Assembly (NCBI GenBank): GCA_015680685.1
Contig: MNCI01002585.1
Coordinates: forward strand, 118,351-182,350
DNA length: 64,000 bases
From: Gnetum montanum
Taxonomy: Eukaryota > Plantae > Gnetophyta
Reading direction: 5' to 3'
Position 1 is the first letter of the stretch, and each line of letters starts with the position of its first letter. The position numbers were made by a program, and so were the translations under genes. The notes beneath the pieces are model-generated. The model saw only the letters and a program-made list of their open reading frames with translations, was not told where the DNA came from and made no database searches. This document shows, piece by piece, positions 54,288 through 64,000 of the stretch.

Positions 54288-54613
54288 ATGGCCAAGGGTG
54301 AAGGTCCTGCTATTGGAATTGATCTTGACACAACCTACTCTTGCCTTGGTGTGTGGCAACATGGCCGCATGGAGATCATCGACAATGACCAGGGAAACCG
54401 CACCATGCTTTCGTACCTTGCCTTCACTGACACTGAAAGATTTATCGGTGATGCCGCCAAGAATCAAGTCGTCATGAACCTACCAATACTATTTTTGACG
54501 CGAAGCAAACTTATGGGTAGAAGGTACTTTGGCCCTTCAAGGTTATTGCAGGGCAAGGCGGTAAGCCTACAATTGTGGTGATCTACAAAGGAGTAGTTTT
54601 TTGCAGAGGAGAT
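54288..54613 (+). pseudogene. HSP70: Cytosolic Hsp70 N-terminal fragment (continues at 59440-59457 after the copia)
   Basis: [39 protein letters not shown]...[17 protein letters not shown]; then [30 protein letters not shown]|SSMV with frameshifts and deletions. Confidence 0.95.
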
Positions 54614-57600
54614 TGTTAGCAGATCTGGCAGCAAAATATGAAATGAGATGAAAATAAAGAGTAGTTGGACGACAGGTAATTGCAGAAAAATCTTATTATC
54701 AACAACGGAAATAACAAGTTTCTGTCTTCATCACAAGGAGAGAACAAGAAGAAGCCTCTCTCTCATGCAATGGGAGAACTCTTAACTCTGACGATTTATG
54801 ACGGATCCCAGGGCGACTTAAATAGCCACATCCGGGTTACAAACATCAAAAATTAACTGAACTAGAACTTCACAACACGTTTAGAAGTCTTATGTTATCT
54901 TTAAGGAAAATTCAAAAAAACATCGGACAATAGAAACGAAAAGTGCAATTCATGAATAAGCAACTGCTAGTTCATTGTTGTGATCTACCACTTCAGTTAG
55001 TTTTTTCCAACAATCTCCCACTTGGAGATTTTGATTGAGGATCAATCATATCTCCACACCATCCTTTCTACCTGGCCATTCTATGTTATTGCTAGGCCAT
55101 ATGAGGATCTACTCCAAGAAAACTTGTCCATGTTAATTGGCTTGGTCAGAACATCTGCAAGATTATCCTTAGTGTGTATCTTCTGCATAGCCACACTTCC
55201 ATCTTCTACTACGTTACGAACAAAGTGAAATTGTACACCTATGTGTTTAGTCCTTGAATGAAAAGCTGGATTCTTTGCAATATGTAAGGTGCTTTGATTA
55301 TCACAAAACAAAGGAATCTTCTCCTGTTTGTGTCCAAGCTCCTCTGACAACCTTTGAATCCAAATTGCTTCCTTGCAAGCTTGGGTAGCTGCCATGTATT
55401 CTGCTTCTGTTGTAGATAATGCTACTACTGTTTGCAATCTTGATACCCAGCTTATAGCTCCTCCTGCAAGTGTAAATACATAACCTGTAGTAGATTTTCT
55501 TTTATCTGGATCACCTGCAAAATCTGAATCCACATAACCTTTAATAGTAAATTCAGATCCTCCATAACATAATGCAACATCTGAGGTACCCTTAATGTAT
55601 CTCAGGATTCTCTTAACAGTACTCCAATGCTCTCGTCCAGGGTTTGCCATGTACCGACTGACTACTCCCACTGCTTGTGCAATGTCTGGTCTTGTACAAA
55701 TCATAGCAAACATTAGGCTTCCCACTGCTGATGCATATGGTACTCGAGACATCTCATTCCTCTCTACTTCAGTGCTAGGACACATCTCGGAGGATAATTT
55801 GAAATTAACAGGAAGTGGGGTAGAAATTGGCTTACAATCTTGCATGTTGAAGCGTCGCAAGATCTTACCCAAGTAATTTTTCTCAGAAAGCCAAATCTTC
55901 TTGTTATTTCTGTCTCGGTAAATTTGCATCCCTAGAATCTTATTTGCTGGTCCCAAGTCTTTCATATCAAATTCCCTAGCTAATTGTGCCTTCAATTCTT
56001 GGATTTGCTCTTTGTTGGGACCTACAACCAACATGTCATCCACATACAATAGCAAAATGATGAAATCGTCATCAAACCTCTTGAAATACGTACAAGGGTC
56101 TGCATTGAGTCTATTGTACCCAAGGCTCATGATATACAAGTCAAATCTCTTGTACCAACACCTTGGCGCCTGTTTGAGACCGTACAGAGATTTGTTCAAC
56201 CTGCAAACCAAGTTCTCTTTGCCTTCTTCTGCAAAACCTTCTGGTTGGAGCATATAAATCTCTTCTTCAAGATCTCCATGCAAAAAAGCAGTTTTCACAT
56301 ATAGTTGTTCTAGATGTAGATCAAATGTAGCACACATTGCTAGGACCACTCTGACTGTTGTAAGTCTAACCACAGGAGAAAATATCTCGTTGAAGTCAAT
56401 TCCTTCTTTTTGAGCATATCCCTTTACCACCAATCTTGCACGATATCGCTCCACTTGGTCATTACTATCACGTTTGATCTTGTAGACCCATTTGTTTCCA
56501 ATAGCCTTTCTTCCTTGTGGTAGTGTAACAAGATCCCATGTCTTGTTTTTGTGTAAAGCTTCAATCTCCTCTTGCATTGCTACCATCCACAAAGACACAT
56601 CTGGACTTTTGAGAGCTTCATGTAAAGTTGAGGGCTCTCCATCCTCCGTTAAAAGGCAATATGCAACATTACTTTCAGTAACATAATCTGAGTGCCAAGT
56701 TGGTGATCTTTTTACCCGAGATGACCGACGAACTTCATTAGCTTCAAACTTGACTGGTCCTGTCTCTTCACACATTGATGTTGCTTCAAGAGGAACTGGA
56801 TCTTCAACTTTTGTCTTATCTTCTACCTGAATTTTAGTAGTCTCTAAATTCTCCTTTGAAGTGCTAGCATCTCCCTTCTCTTGCATTTTATCTTCTACAA
56901 ATATCACATCTCTGCTGATGACAACCTTGCGGGTAGTGGGATCCCACAGGCGATACCCCTTAACTCCATCAGCATACCCTAAGAAGATACATTTCCTGGA
57001 CTTTGGGTCCAACTTTGATCTTTCTTGGTCACTATACATCACATACACAGAACTTCCAAATGTATGGAGATGAGAATAAACAGCTGGCTTACCAGTCCAC
57101 ATTTCTATTGGTGTTTTTAGATCAATCGCAGTTGATGGAGACTGATTGACTAAATAGCAGGCCGTATTAACTGCTTCTGCCCAAAAGGACTTGGTTAGAT
57201 CTGCAGCCTTCAACATTGATCTTGTTTTTTCCAACAAGGTTCTATTCATCCGTTCTGCCACTCCATTTTGTTGAGGAGTGTGTGCCACTGTGAACTGCCT
57301 CTTAATGCCTTCTTGCTGACAAAATGCATTAAATTCATCAGTTTTATATTCTCCTCCATTATCTGTCCTGAAACACTTGATTTGTTGTTCGGACTCAAGT
57401 TCTACTTGCGCTTTAAAAACTTTGAAGACTGAAAAGACATCTGCCTTCCTTTTGATTGGATACACCCAACATCTCTTGGAGAAATCATCAATGAAAGATA
57501 TAAAGTATCTTGCTCCTCCTAGGGAAGTCACTGGTGTTTGCCAAACATCAGAGTGCAGCAAGTCCAAGATGCCTCTACTCTTAGCAGTTGATGTGCTAAA

Positions 57601-59439
57601 CTTTAATCTGTGTTGCTTACTAGTAACACAATGTTCACAAAATGGTAAACATACCGAATTGAGCCCAGGAAGTAGTTTCTGTTTAGAGAGAATCTGCAAA
57701 CCTTGTTTTGACATATGACCAAGCTTTCGATGCCACAACATCGTCAATTCTGCTTCCAAACTAGTTGATGCAACAGAAGACTCTCCCACTTGATGTGTGT
57801 TCCCCATAAGCATGTACAGATTTGCAGCAACCTTTTCTGCCTTCATTACCACAAGCGCACCTTTGGTAATCTTCAGGATGCCATTCTCTATATGAGTTTT
57901 GCACCCAACATCATCTAGTTGTCCTAAAGACAGTAGATTTTTCTTCAGGCCCTCCACATGTCGTACCTCTTGTATGGTGCGAATAGTGCCATCATACATC
58001 TTTATCTTGACAGTACCAATACCAGCGATTTTCAAAGCATGATCATTTCCCATGTACACAGATCCTTCTGAGATTGGTTTGTAGTGATAAAACCATTCTC
58101 TCCGAGAGGTCATGTGCCATGTTGCTCCTGAATCCAAGATCCAAGCATCAATGAGCTTCTGTTTGCCTTCAGCAATAGTTGCCTCACTGTATAGAACATC
58201 ACCATCATATGAGGTACTTGCTGCATTCCCTTGAGGATTCTTTTTATTACTCTTCTTGTTCCAACACTCTTTCTTTAGGTGTCCTATCTTGCCATAGTTG
58301 TAGCAAGTGATGATTCTCTTTCTACTTCTTGACTTGGATCTACCATGAATTTGGTTCCATTTGGAATTACGTTCTATGGATCTCTCTCTCATCATTGTTA
58401 AGGCCTTCACCTTGTTTGCCAACCTATCTTCCTTATTCTTGCATCGACTTTCTTCTTCAAGAACTGCAGCTGCAACCTCGTCAAAGACAAGATCATCCAT
58501 AAAGACATTGTTGGTCAAGTTGATGATGAGTTGATCATATGAATCAGGTAGACTTTGAAGTAGAATTTCTGCATGTTCACCTGCATCTACTTTATAGCCC
58601 AACGATGTGAGTTGAGCCAATAAAGTATTTAGGGTGTTGATATGGTCAGTTACCAATGAGGTTTCTACCATACAAAGAGTGTAAAGTTTTCTCTTCAAGA
58701 AGATTTTGTTGTGGAGTGATTTAGCCTTGTATAGCTTGGTTAGAGTGTCCCATATTTCCTTTGCTGTCTTCTTTTCTGCAATACTTGAAAGAACTCCATC
58801 TGCCAATGCTAAGTGTAAATTAGCAATAGCATTTCCATCCATTTCATACCACTTGTCGTCATCCATGACCTCTCGCAGCCTTGCTCCAATTGCTGCCAGG
58901 CAATTATCTTTACGCAGAATTGCTTGTATCTTTATTTTCCACAATGTGAAGTTGCTTCCATTGAACTTCTCTATTTCGTATTTGCCAACCATTTTGTAAA
59001 ATTTGTATGCACAATCTGCAACACTTCCACGGACTATGAACTTGAGGGCTCCGATACCACTGTTAGCAGATCTGGCAGCAAAATATGAAATGAGATGAAA
59101 ATAAGAACAGTTGGACGACAGGTAATTGCAGAAAAATCTTATTATCAACAACGGAAATAACAAGCTTCTGTCTTCATCACAAGGAGAGAACAAGAAGAAG
59201 CCTCTCTCTCATGCAATGGGAGAACTCTTAACTCTGACGATTTATGACGGATCCCAGGGCGACTTAAATAGCCACATCCGGGTTACAAAATTGGAAACAT
59301 CAAAAATTAACTGAAATAGAACTTCACAACACGTTTAGAAGTCTTATGTTATCTTTAAGGAAAATTCAAAAAACTATCGGAGAATAGAAACGGAAAGTGC
59401 AGTTCATGAATAACCAACTGCTAGTTAGTTTTTCCAACA
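54614..59439 (-). mobile_element. Full-length Ty1/copia retrotransposon (Tork/Tnt1-like)
   Basis: LTRs 54614-55012 and 59061-59439 (TG...CA). TSD GAGAT (54609-54613, 59440-59444). PBS TGGTATCGGAGC at 59048-59059 (iMet). PPT caagtgggagat at 55013-55024. Confidence 0.98.
55081..58992 (-). CDS. Copia gag-pol polyprotein (1303 aa from MVGKYEIEKF), open frame
   Basis: WILDSGATWHM (PR); LWHRKLGH..CEHC, HSDVW, RTDNGGEY, PQQNGVAERMN (INT); LLLYVDDML (RT); YVDSDFAGD, STTEAEY, RTKHI, NLADVLTK (RH). Has substitutions QLYVKTAF and CYNYGKIGH. Confidence 0.95.
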   Translation of the reverse strand: MVGKYEIEKFNGSNFTLWKIKIQAILRKDNCLAAIGARLREVMDDDKWYEMDGNAIANLHLALADGVLSSIAEKKTAKEIWDTLTKLYKAKSLHNKIFLKRKLYTLCMVETSLVTDHINTLNTLLAQLTSLGYKVDAGEHAEILLQSLPDSYDQLIINLTNNVFMDDLVFDEVAAAVLEEESRCKNKEDRLANKVKALTMMRERSIERNSKWNQIHGRSKSRSRKRIITCYNYGKIGHLKKECWNKKSNKKNPQGNAASTSYDGDVLYSEATIAEGKQKLIDAWILDSGATWHMTSRREWFYHYKPISEGSVYMGNDHALKIAGIGTVKIKMYDGTIRTIQEVRHVEGLKKNLLSLGQLDDVGCKTHIENGILKITKGALVVMKAEKVAANLYMLMGNTHQVGESSVASTSLEAELTMLWHRKLGHMSKQGLQILSKQKLLPGLNSVCLPFCEHCVTSKQHRLKFSTSTAKSRGILDLLHSDVWQTPVTSLGGARYFISFIDDFSKRCWVYPIKRKADVFSVFKVFKAQVELESEQQIKCFRTDNGGEYKTDEFNAFCQQEGIKRQFTVAHTPQQNGVAERMNRTLLEKTRSMLKAADLTKSFWAEAVNTACYLVNQSPSTAIDLKTPIEMWTGKPAVYSHLHTFGSSVYVMYSDQERSKLDPKSRKCIFLGYADGVKGYRLWDPTTRKVVISRDVIFVEDKMQEKGDASTSKENLETTKIQVEDKTKVEDPVPLEATSMCEETGPVKFEANEVRRSSRVKRSPTWHSDYVTESNVAYCLLTEDGEPSTLHEALKSPDVSLWMVAMQEEIEALHKNKTWDLVTLPQGRKAIGNKWVYKIKRDSNDQVERYRARLVVKGYAQKEGIDFNEIFSPVVRLTTVRVVLAMCATFDLHLEQLYVKTAFLHGDLEEEIYMLQPEGFAEEGKENLVCRLNKSLYGLKQAPRCWYKRFDLYIMSLGYNRLNADPCTYFKRFDDDFIILLLYVDDMLVVGPNKEQIQELKAQLAREFDMKDLGPANKILGMQIYRDRNNKKIWLSEKNYLGKILRRFNMQDCKPISTPLPVNFKLSSEMCPSTEVERNEMSRVPYASAVGSLMFAMICTRPDIAQAVGVVSRYMANPGREHWSTVKRILRYIKGTSDVALCYGGSEFTIKGYVDSDFAGDPDKRKSTTGYVFTLAGGAISWVSRLQTVVALSTTEAEYMAATQACKEAIWIQRLSEELGHKQEKIPLFCDNQSTLHIAKNPAFHSRTKHIGVQFHFVRNVVEDGSVAMQKIHTKDNLADVLTKPINMDKFSWSRSSYGLAIT

Positions 59440-59457
59440 GAGATTTCCTCCATGGTT

Positions 59458-59705
59458 TCAATGCAAGACAACTTCCTGACAACTTTCCTCCTCGGATGGA
59501 GTATCACCATTGGTGCTAGACTGGCTTCGTTCCCAATTGACACAGTTCATCGTAGAATGATGATGACATCAGGTGAAGCTGTGGAATACAAGAGTTCTTT
59601 TGATGCTTTTAATTAAATCCTCAAGAATGAGGGTGCAAAATCCCTCTTTGAGGTAGCCTGTGCAAACATCCTTCCTACCATAGCTGGAGCTAGTGGGCTT
59701 GCTAG
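59458..59705 (+). pseudogene. AAC: Mitochondrial ADP/ATP carrier C-terminal fragment
   Basis: [73 protein letters not shown]; RRRMMM signature. Confidence 0.93.
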
Positions 59706-60836
59706 GTATGTTTTCTTCCTTGTTCTCTGTTTTGTTGCATGAATTCTTAGAAACACAGATCAATGCAGGGCAGGAATCCCTTGGAAGGACTGTAGCTTCC
59801 GTATGCATTTTAATTTTAAACTCAGAGCTCCCACAATGATGATTAGCATATTTATTTAATTCTTTGTTGTGTACATTCATCATAGTGTAGTCCACAAAAC
59901 TTTGACTGGGGCTCTTTTGATCACATGTTGCAGGAACACAGAACATTTGGTTTCTCGAACCTTGAACCCATTCCTGGACTTATTTTCAGTTGCTTGAATG
60001 ACTGAAAGTGCACACTACCTGACTGTTAAGTGAAAATCATTGGCATATGTGTGTGATTGGTGAGTTAGCTTGCGCCCAGAAGTCACGCCGTCGGTATATG
60101 GTGACGGAAATCCTTGCGTAGCAGTTGTTGCAACTGCATATGTTATTGCGGTTTTTTTCTTTATTTTAATTTTTTGAAGATTTTTTTAAATACCAGCAGT
60201 TGTGGTAGAGTGTAAGTATTGGATGTCATGATTTTTTGAAGATTTACGTGGATGTGTAAGTATAAGGTGTGGAATCGTGGTACTTTGTAACCAAGCGTAA
60301 CTGGTTTTTCCAAGAATGTGTATAAAACCCATATTTTCTCATTTCTTATCATTATTTTGGGGAGAATAACTTTCATGAAAAGTTGTTCTTTTGTTTTTAT
60401 CTGTCAATTTCCAAAGCTTTTCATATAAGCATGTGCAATCAAATCATCCTTGGCGCAGAGAGCACTAGAAATTTGGAATGGCATTGTTTCTTACGCATTG
60501 TTTTTCTATTCATGAATGCCGAACATTCATCACGCGCAAAGACGATCATATAACATAACCCTACGGGTAATGCTAAGGCTTCCATGTTGTTCCTTTTTTT
60601 TTTTTCTCCTGATTTCAAATTCCTGCTATTAAGCTTATCTTAGAAAGCTACTCCAAGGCTCATCCATCATCTAGTCTGTACTGAAAGTGCGATGCGATGA
60701 CTTTTGTTATATTATTAGTAGGTACAAATCTTCCTAAAACACTATATCTTAAAACTAAAAAATAGTACATTGAAGTGTCGAAGTATGCGGTCTAGTCTTT
60801 AGAGATCATATTTCTATACAATTATCTTGCTAACAA

Positions 60837-61496
60837 CTAAAAAGCTCCAGTTCCTTCTTGCCTTGGAAGCCATGTGGTCCACTACAAATTTGTTCTCTTG
60901 CTTCTAACTTCATCAATGCTTTCCCCAAAGGTTCTTAGGATCTTTTTCTGAAATCAAAGTGTAGAAGCCCATGCATTCCACTTTAAAGTTGCTTTCTTTC
61001 TGGAATCTGATTCCCTAAGTTCTTCTAGTTGGGCCTCTATAAAGCCATCATCAATCTTTGCTCTAGATCTAGCCATTAGTTTAGTTATTCACTCAAATGT
61101 GTTTGAGTAATCCTGCTGGGTGGCTCTTATGAGTCGCAAACAAACCTTTTGCACAAAAGATAGGGAAAGAATGCCTTGTCTATTGAAATATGTATGGATG
61201 GGCCAAGGCACCCTTTGCACTAATATGTTATCTCCCTTTGTAATGTATCATAGATAACAAAAACTCCTAGACAATACCTCCATCTAAATCTAATAGATTG
61301 ATTCCACTATGTTCCTCCACACAAGTATGTCATATACACATCTTTTTAATTGACAATTAAATTGAATGAGTGCACTATCATTCCATAAGGATGGAAATGC
61401 CATCTATAGAAAGATAAGGCCTGCATTATAAATATCAAATCTATCAGGTAAATTCATCTACGACAAAATGGGAGAGAGTGCAGCTACCACAGGAGG
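60837..61496 (-). pseudogene. STN7: STN7/STT7 thylakoid state-transition kinase C-terminal fragment
   Basis: PPVVAALSPILS*MNLPDRFDIYNAGLIFL*MAFPSLWNDSALIQFNCQLKRC; LLDLDGGIV*EFL; ISAKGALAHPY; RATQQDY; DGFIEAQLEELRE; WTTWLPRQE. Missed by the ORF track because of stops and frameshifts. Confidence 0.9.
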
Positions 61497-61753
61497 ACAA
61501 TATGGTCACTGTAAGAGATAACATTCCAAATACCATATATTCGTAAATCTCAATCCACCATGCAATGCAGAGGTGCATGGGCTCTCAATCCATCACGCAA
61601 TGCAAAGTTGCATGGGCTTTGAATAAGTAGTTGAAATAAAAGTACATTCATCTTTATTCATTATGCTTGCAATGTGCTTATTATCTAATTATTTTCAAGG
61701 GTTTCTAATGGTTTTTAACAATTAATGTTTACTCGGTTTATCATTGTTTGTAG

Positions 61754-61825
61754 GCTTCACACTATGACATTGATGTAGTTGGTAATGATGTATCTCATGA
61801 GCCACCTCTTCCTCTCATGGCTTAG
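61754..61825 (+). pseudogene. Terminal exon of the antisense gene, third copy
   Basis: tttgtag|gct...PPLPLMA*; matches last exon of B (tttatag|gct...PPPMA*) and A (25939-26012). Confidence 0.65.
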
Positions 61826-62299
61826 TTTCATCCATTTGATAAACTCATGATTATGGATTATTCTTGTTGTTGTATGTTGCACAATGCAATCGTGGTTTTG
61901 GACATTTATGTATGTATATGGTTTTATTGTCACACGGTGTGACTTCGGCTATGTGTTGGTTTTATGAACTTAAATGGTAGATGTAGCAAGGCTATAAAAT
62001 GAAACTGGTAAATAAAATTATGTTGTAATGATAATTGTAAAGCAAGGCATACATATATAAGTGCAACTCACAGACGATGCTATTAGGTAGATTGGCTACA
62101 ATTTTGGTATAGAGGTGAAAATAAGAGGTCATTAGGCTCACCAATTTTAGGCCTTAAAAGGCCATGGTATTGCCTAGCAAGTATGGGATGCTCTTGAAAG
62201 AGCATATAAGGCTAGCGTCAATATTGAAACATGATATAATGTCATAAAGGTAAACAAGTGATCATTAACCAAAGAAGGATCAAGATAGTTACTGAGAAC

Positions 62300-63072
62300 T
62301 TGTTACTTGATCTTCAATAGATCAATGAGTTCCTTTGGCATGATCTTGTGCTTGCCATCTCTCTTATTAAACATGTTAAGCTACATGCATTTTCATTTAC
62401 CACCCCATATCACAAAGTTGATATTACTAACATTGTTATTGTCTTTGTTTTTGGTGATCCTAGCTTGAGTATCGAGAGTTTCCTCTTGAAATTCCACCTC
62501 TAAACCTTAGTCGATGTTGACATAGTTAACCAAAGGTAGTGACATGTTGTCTCCATGAATGACAATTTTTCCTTCCTCATGGGGCAAGTGAATCTCTTAA
62601 TGTATAGTGGATGAGACTGCTCAAAGCTTAGCTAACCATGACCTTCCTAAGATCAAGTTGAAGCCAAGTGTCTTTTCAACCATAAGGAAGTTAGTATATG
62701 TAGGAATTACTCATCTACTATGAAATCCATGAAACTAGAACCTTGCACTGGTACTGGTGATCCATTAAATGACTTGAGTGTTGAGGTAGTGGTTTCTTGG
62801 ATGTTCTTAGTTAAACCTAGTTTGTCAATAATGGAAAATGGTACCACATTAGTTGCCACCCCATCATCCACATGAACATGATGAACCTTATACTTGCCAA
62901 CACGTATAGTAATGAGAAGAGGTGTAGCTAGTGCTTCTCTATTTTGGGAGTCAATCTTCATCTTACTATTATGAAAGTTGAGTGTTGGTTGATGCCCATT
63001 TTCCCTAAGTGAAGCTTACTCAATGATAGAGTGGATTGACTCTTTGTTGTCAGGCACGTGATTCCCAGCACC
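62300..63072 (-). pseudogene. Protease region of the Tat-like family, third copy
   Basis: PLLITIRVGKYKVHHVHVDDGVATNVV...TLKSFNGS; LGFNLILGRSWLAKL*AVSSTIH. Confidence 0.88.
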
Positions 63073-64000
63073 TGTGAACACCTCACATCACATCGGAGTT
63101 TAACGTTCAACTTGCAATGCAACTACATTTCGACCGGTGCACATCTTGTTAATTAATTCAACATTGTTCATTTTTTCTTGCCTTCCGTTGTGCTGTTCTG
63201 GTTCATTGTTTGCATTATTTCATTTCATTGCATGTTTCTGCATACATTTTGTTTACGTTTACACACTATATTGCACATTTACGTTTCATTACATCACGTT
63301 CCCTCGTTTTACATTTTGTGACGATAACCCTAGCACAAGACATTAGTGTATGCTCGGGGAAGTCCTTAGTTGATCTGCATGTAGACCATCCAAGGCACTC
63401 TACCTTCATTTTTCTAGCTTACCCTCACACAAAGGTAGGGTCATCTGTATCTCTCCGAAGATCTTTCGGCATTCGTTTTCCTCCAACCTTACGTCGACGA
63501 TTTTGGATGGAACAAAAATTGGCAGTAGAAGGAGGGTCGTTTCCTTGTTTTCCATCCTGATAAAACGATTGATTCCATTACCTTTCATGCACGGTGCAGA
63601 TTAGGTGTAGAATGCAAGCTTAGCTTGTTTAAATCATACCGATCTGTTCACGATTGAATTAAATCCTCACAAAACTCTTACGCTGCTGCCAATACGGTAA
63701 TTTCTGCAACCGCTACTGCAAATATTAAGTGCAGCGTACACACATTGTGAAAATCCAAAATAGTGTACGCACATTGTGAAAAATCCAACACAGCGTACAC
63801 ACACTGCTCCACACGTCTGGCATATGCACGCTATGCACGCACACCACACACGATTTGTGTTGTTGCTCAAGCTTAGCTTGCTCAAGCCAACTTGCATACG
63901 CTAGGCTTGCTCAAGCTAGCTTGCTCAAGCCAGCTTGCATACGCCCAGCTTGCTCAAGCTAGGCTTGCATACCTTGCTTACACAAATTCAACTATTCAAG
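63073..64000. mobile_element. Probable LTR of another, younger element inserted in D; runs off the window
   Basis: Protease-upstream homology stops at a TG (tgtgaacacc). CpG-retaining non-coding DNA with short repeats (gctcaagc/cttgcatac, 63860-63980). Confidence 0.5.

Larger units (their letters stand above)
49059..63072 (-). mobile_element. Element D: third Tat-family copy lacking RT-INT, with host gene fragments and a nested copia inside (single-element interpretation is inferred)
   Basis: LTR + 3' region 49059-51745 aligns to 12622-15020. Then the same landmarks in the same order as A: ggtcaaat-rich tract (52260-52660), tagttttaggcc motifs, palindrome cluster (53430-53660), last antisense exon (61754-61825), protease (62300-63070). 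Confidence 0.55.

Noticed and set aside
54288-54581. Functional small Hsp70 gene
   Set aside because: Frameshifts, deletions, GIDLDTT substitution and truncation.
58993-59193. 67-aa N-terminal extension of the 1370-aa ORF
   Set aside because: It reads through the 5' LTR and PBS; gag homology starts at MVGKYEIEKF (58992).
61549-61620. ~36-bp tandem duplication (tcaatcca..gcaatgca..tgcatgggct)
   Set aside because: Two units only; no evidence of function.

Overview
Eukaryotic (land-plant) DNA made almost entirely of nested, methylation-decayed LTR retrotransposons. There is no intact host gene. From left to right: (i) the end of an LTR, then a gag-only Athila-like element (to 5835); (ii) a degenerate SIRE/copia-like gag plus extra-ORF element (6712-~11550); (iii) three related giant Tat-clade (Ogre/Retand-like) Ty3/gypsy elements. 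Element A is 12622-39530 (-), element B has an LTR at 11555-12614 and body at ~39540-49058 (+), and element D is 49059-63072 (-). A second Athila-like gag-protease element (27296-34490) is nested in the protease of A. A near-intact Tork/Tnt1-like copia (54614-59439, TSD GAGAT) sits inside an Hsp70::ADP/ATP-carrier chimeric fragment, and an STN7 kinase fragment lies nearby. The main candidate novelty is in the Tat-like family. Downstream of gag-protease (and, in A, before RT) it carries an ANTISENSE gene of about 8 exons. That gene encodes an N-terminal FCP1/NIF (CTD-phosphatase-like HAD) domain with altered catalytic motifs, fused to a plant-transposon/PMD-like domain. It is preceded by a ~190-bp-periodic array of the palindrome ACGCTGGCCAGCGT. 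In copy D the same slot holds host gene fragments instead. All domain calls were made by eye from manual translation; no searches were run.
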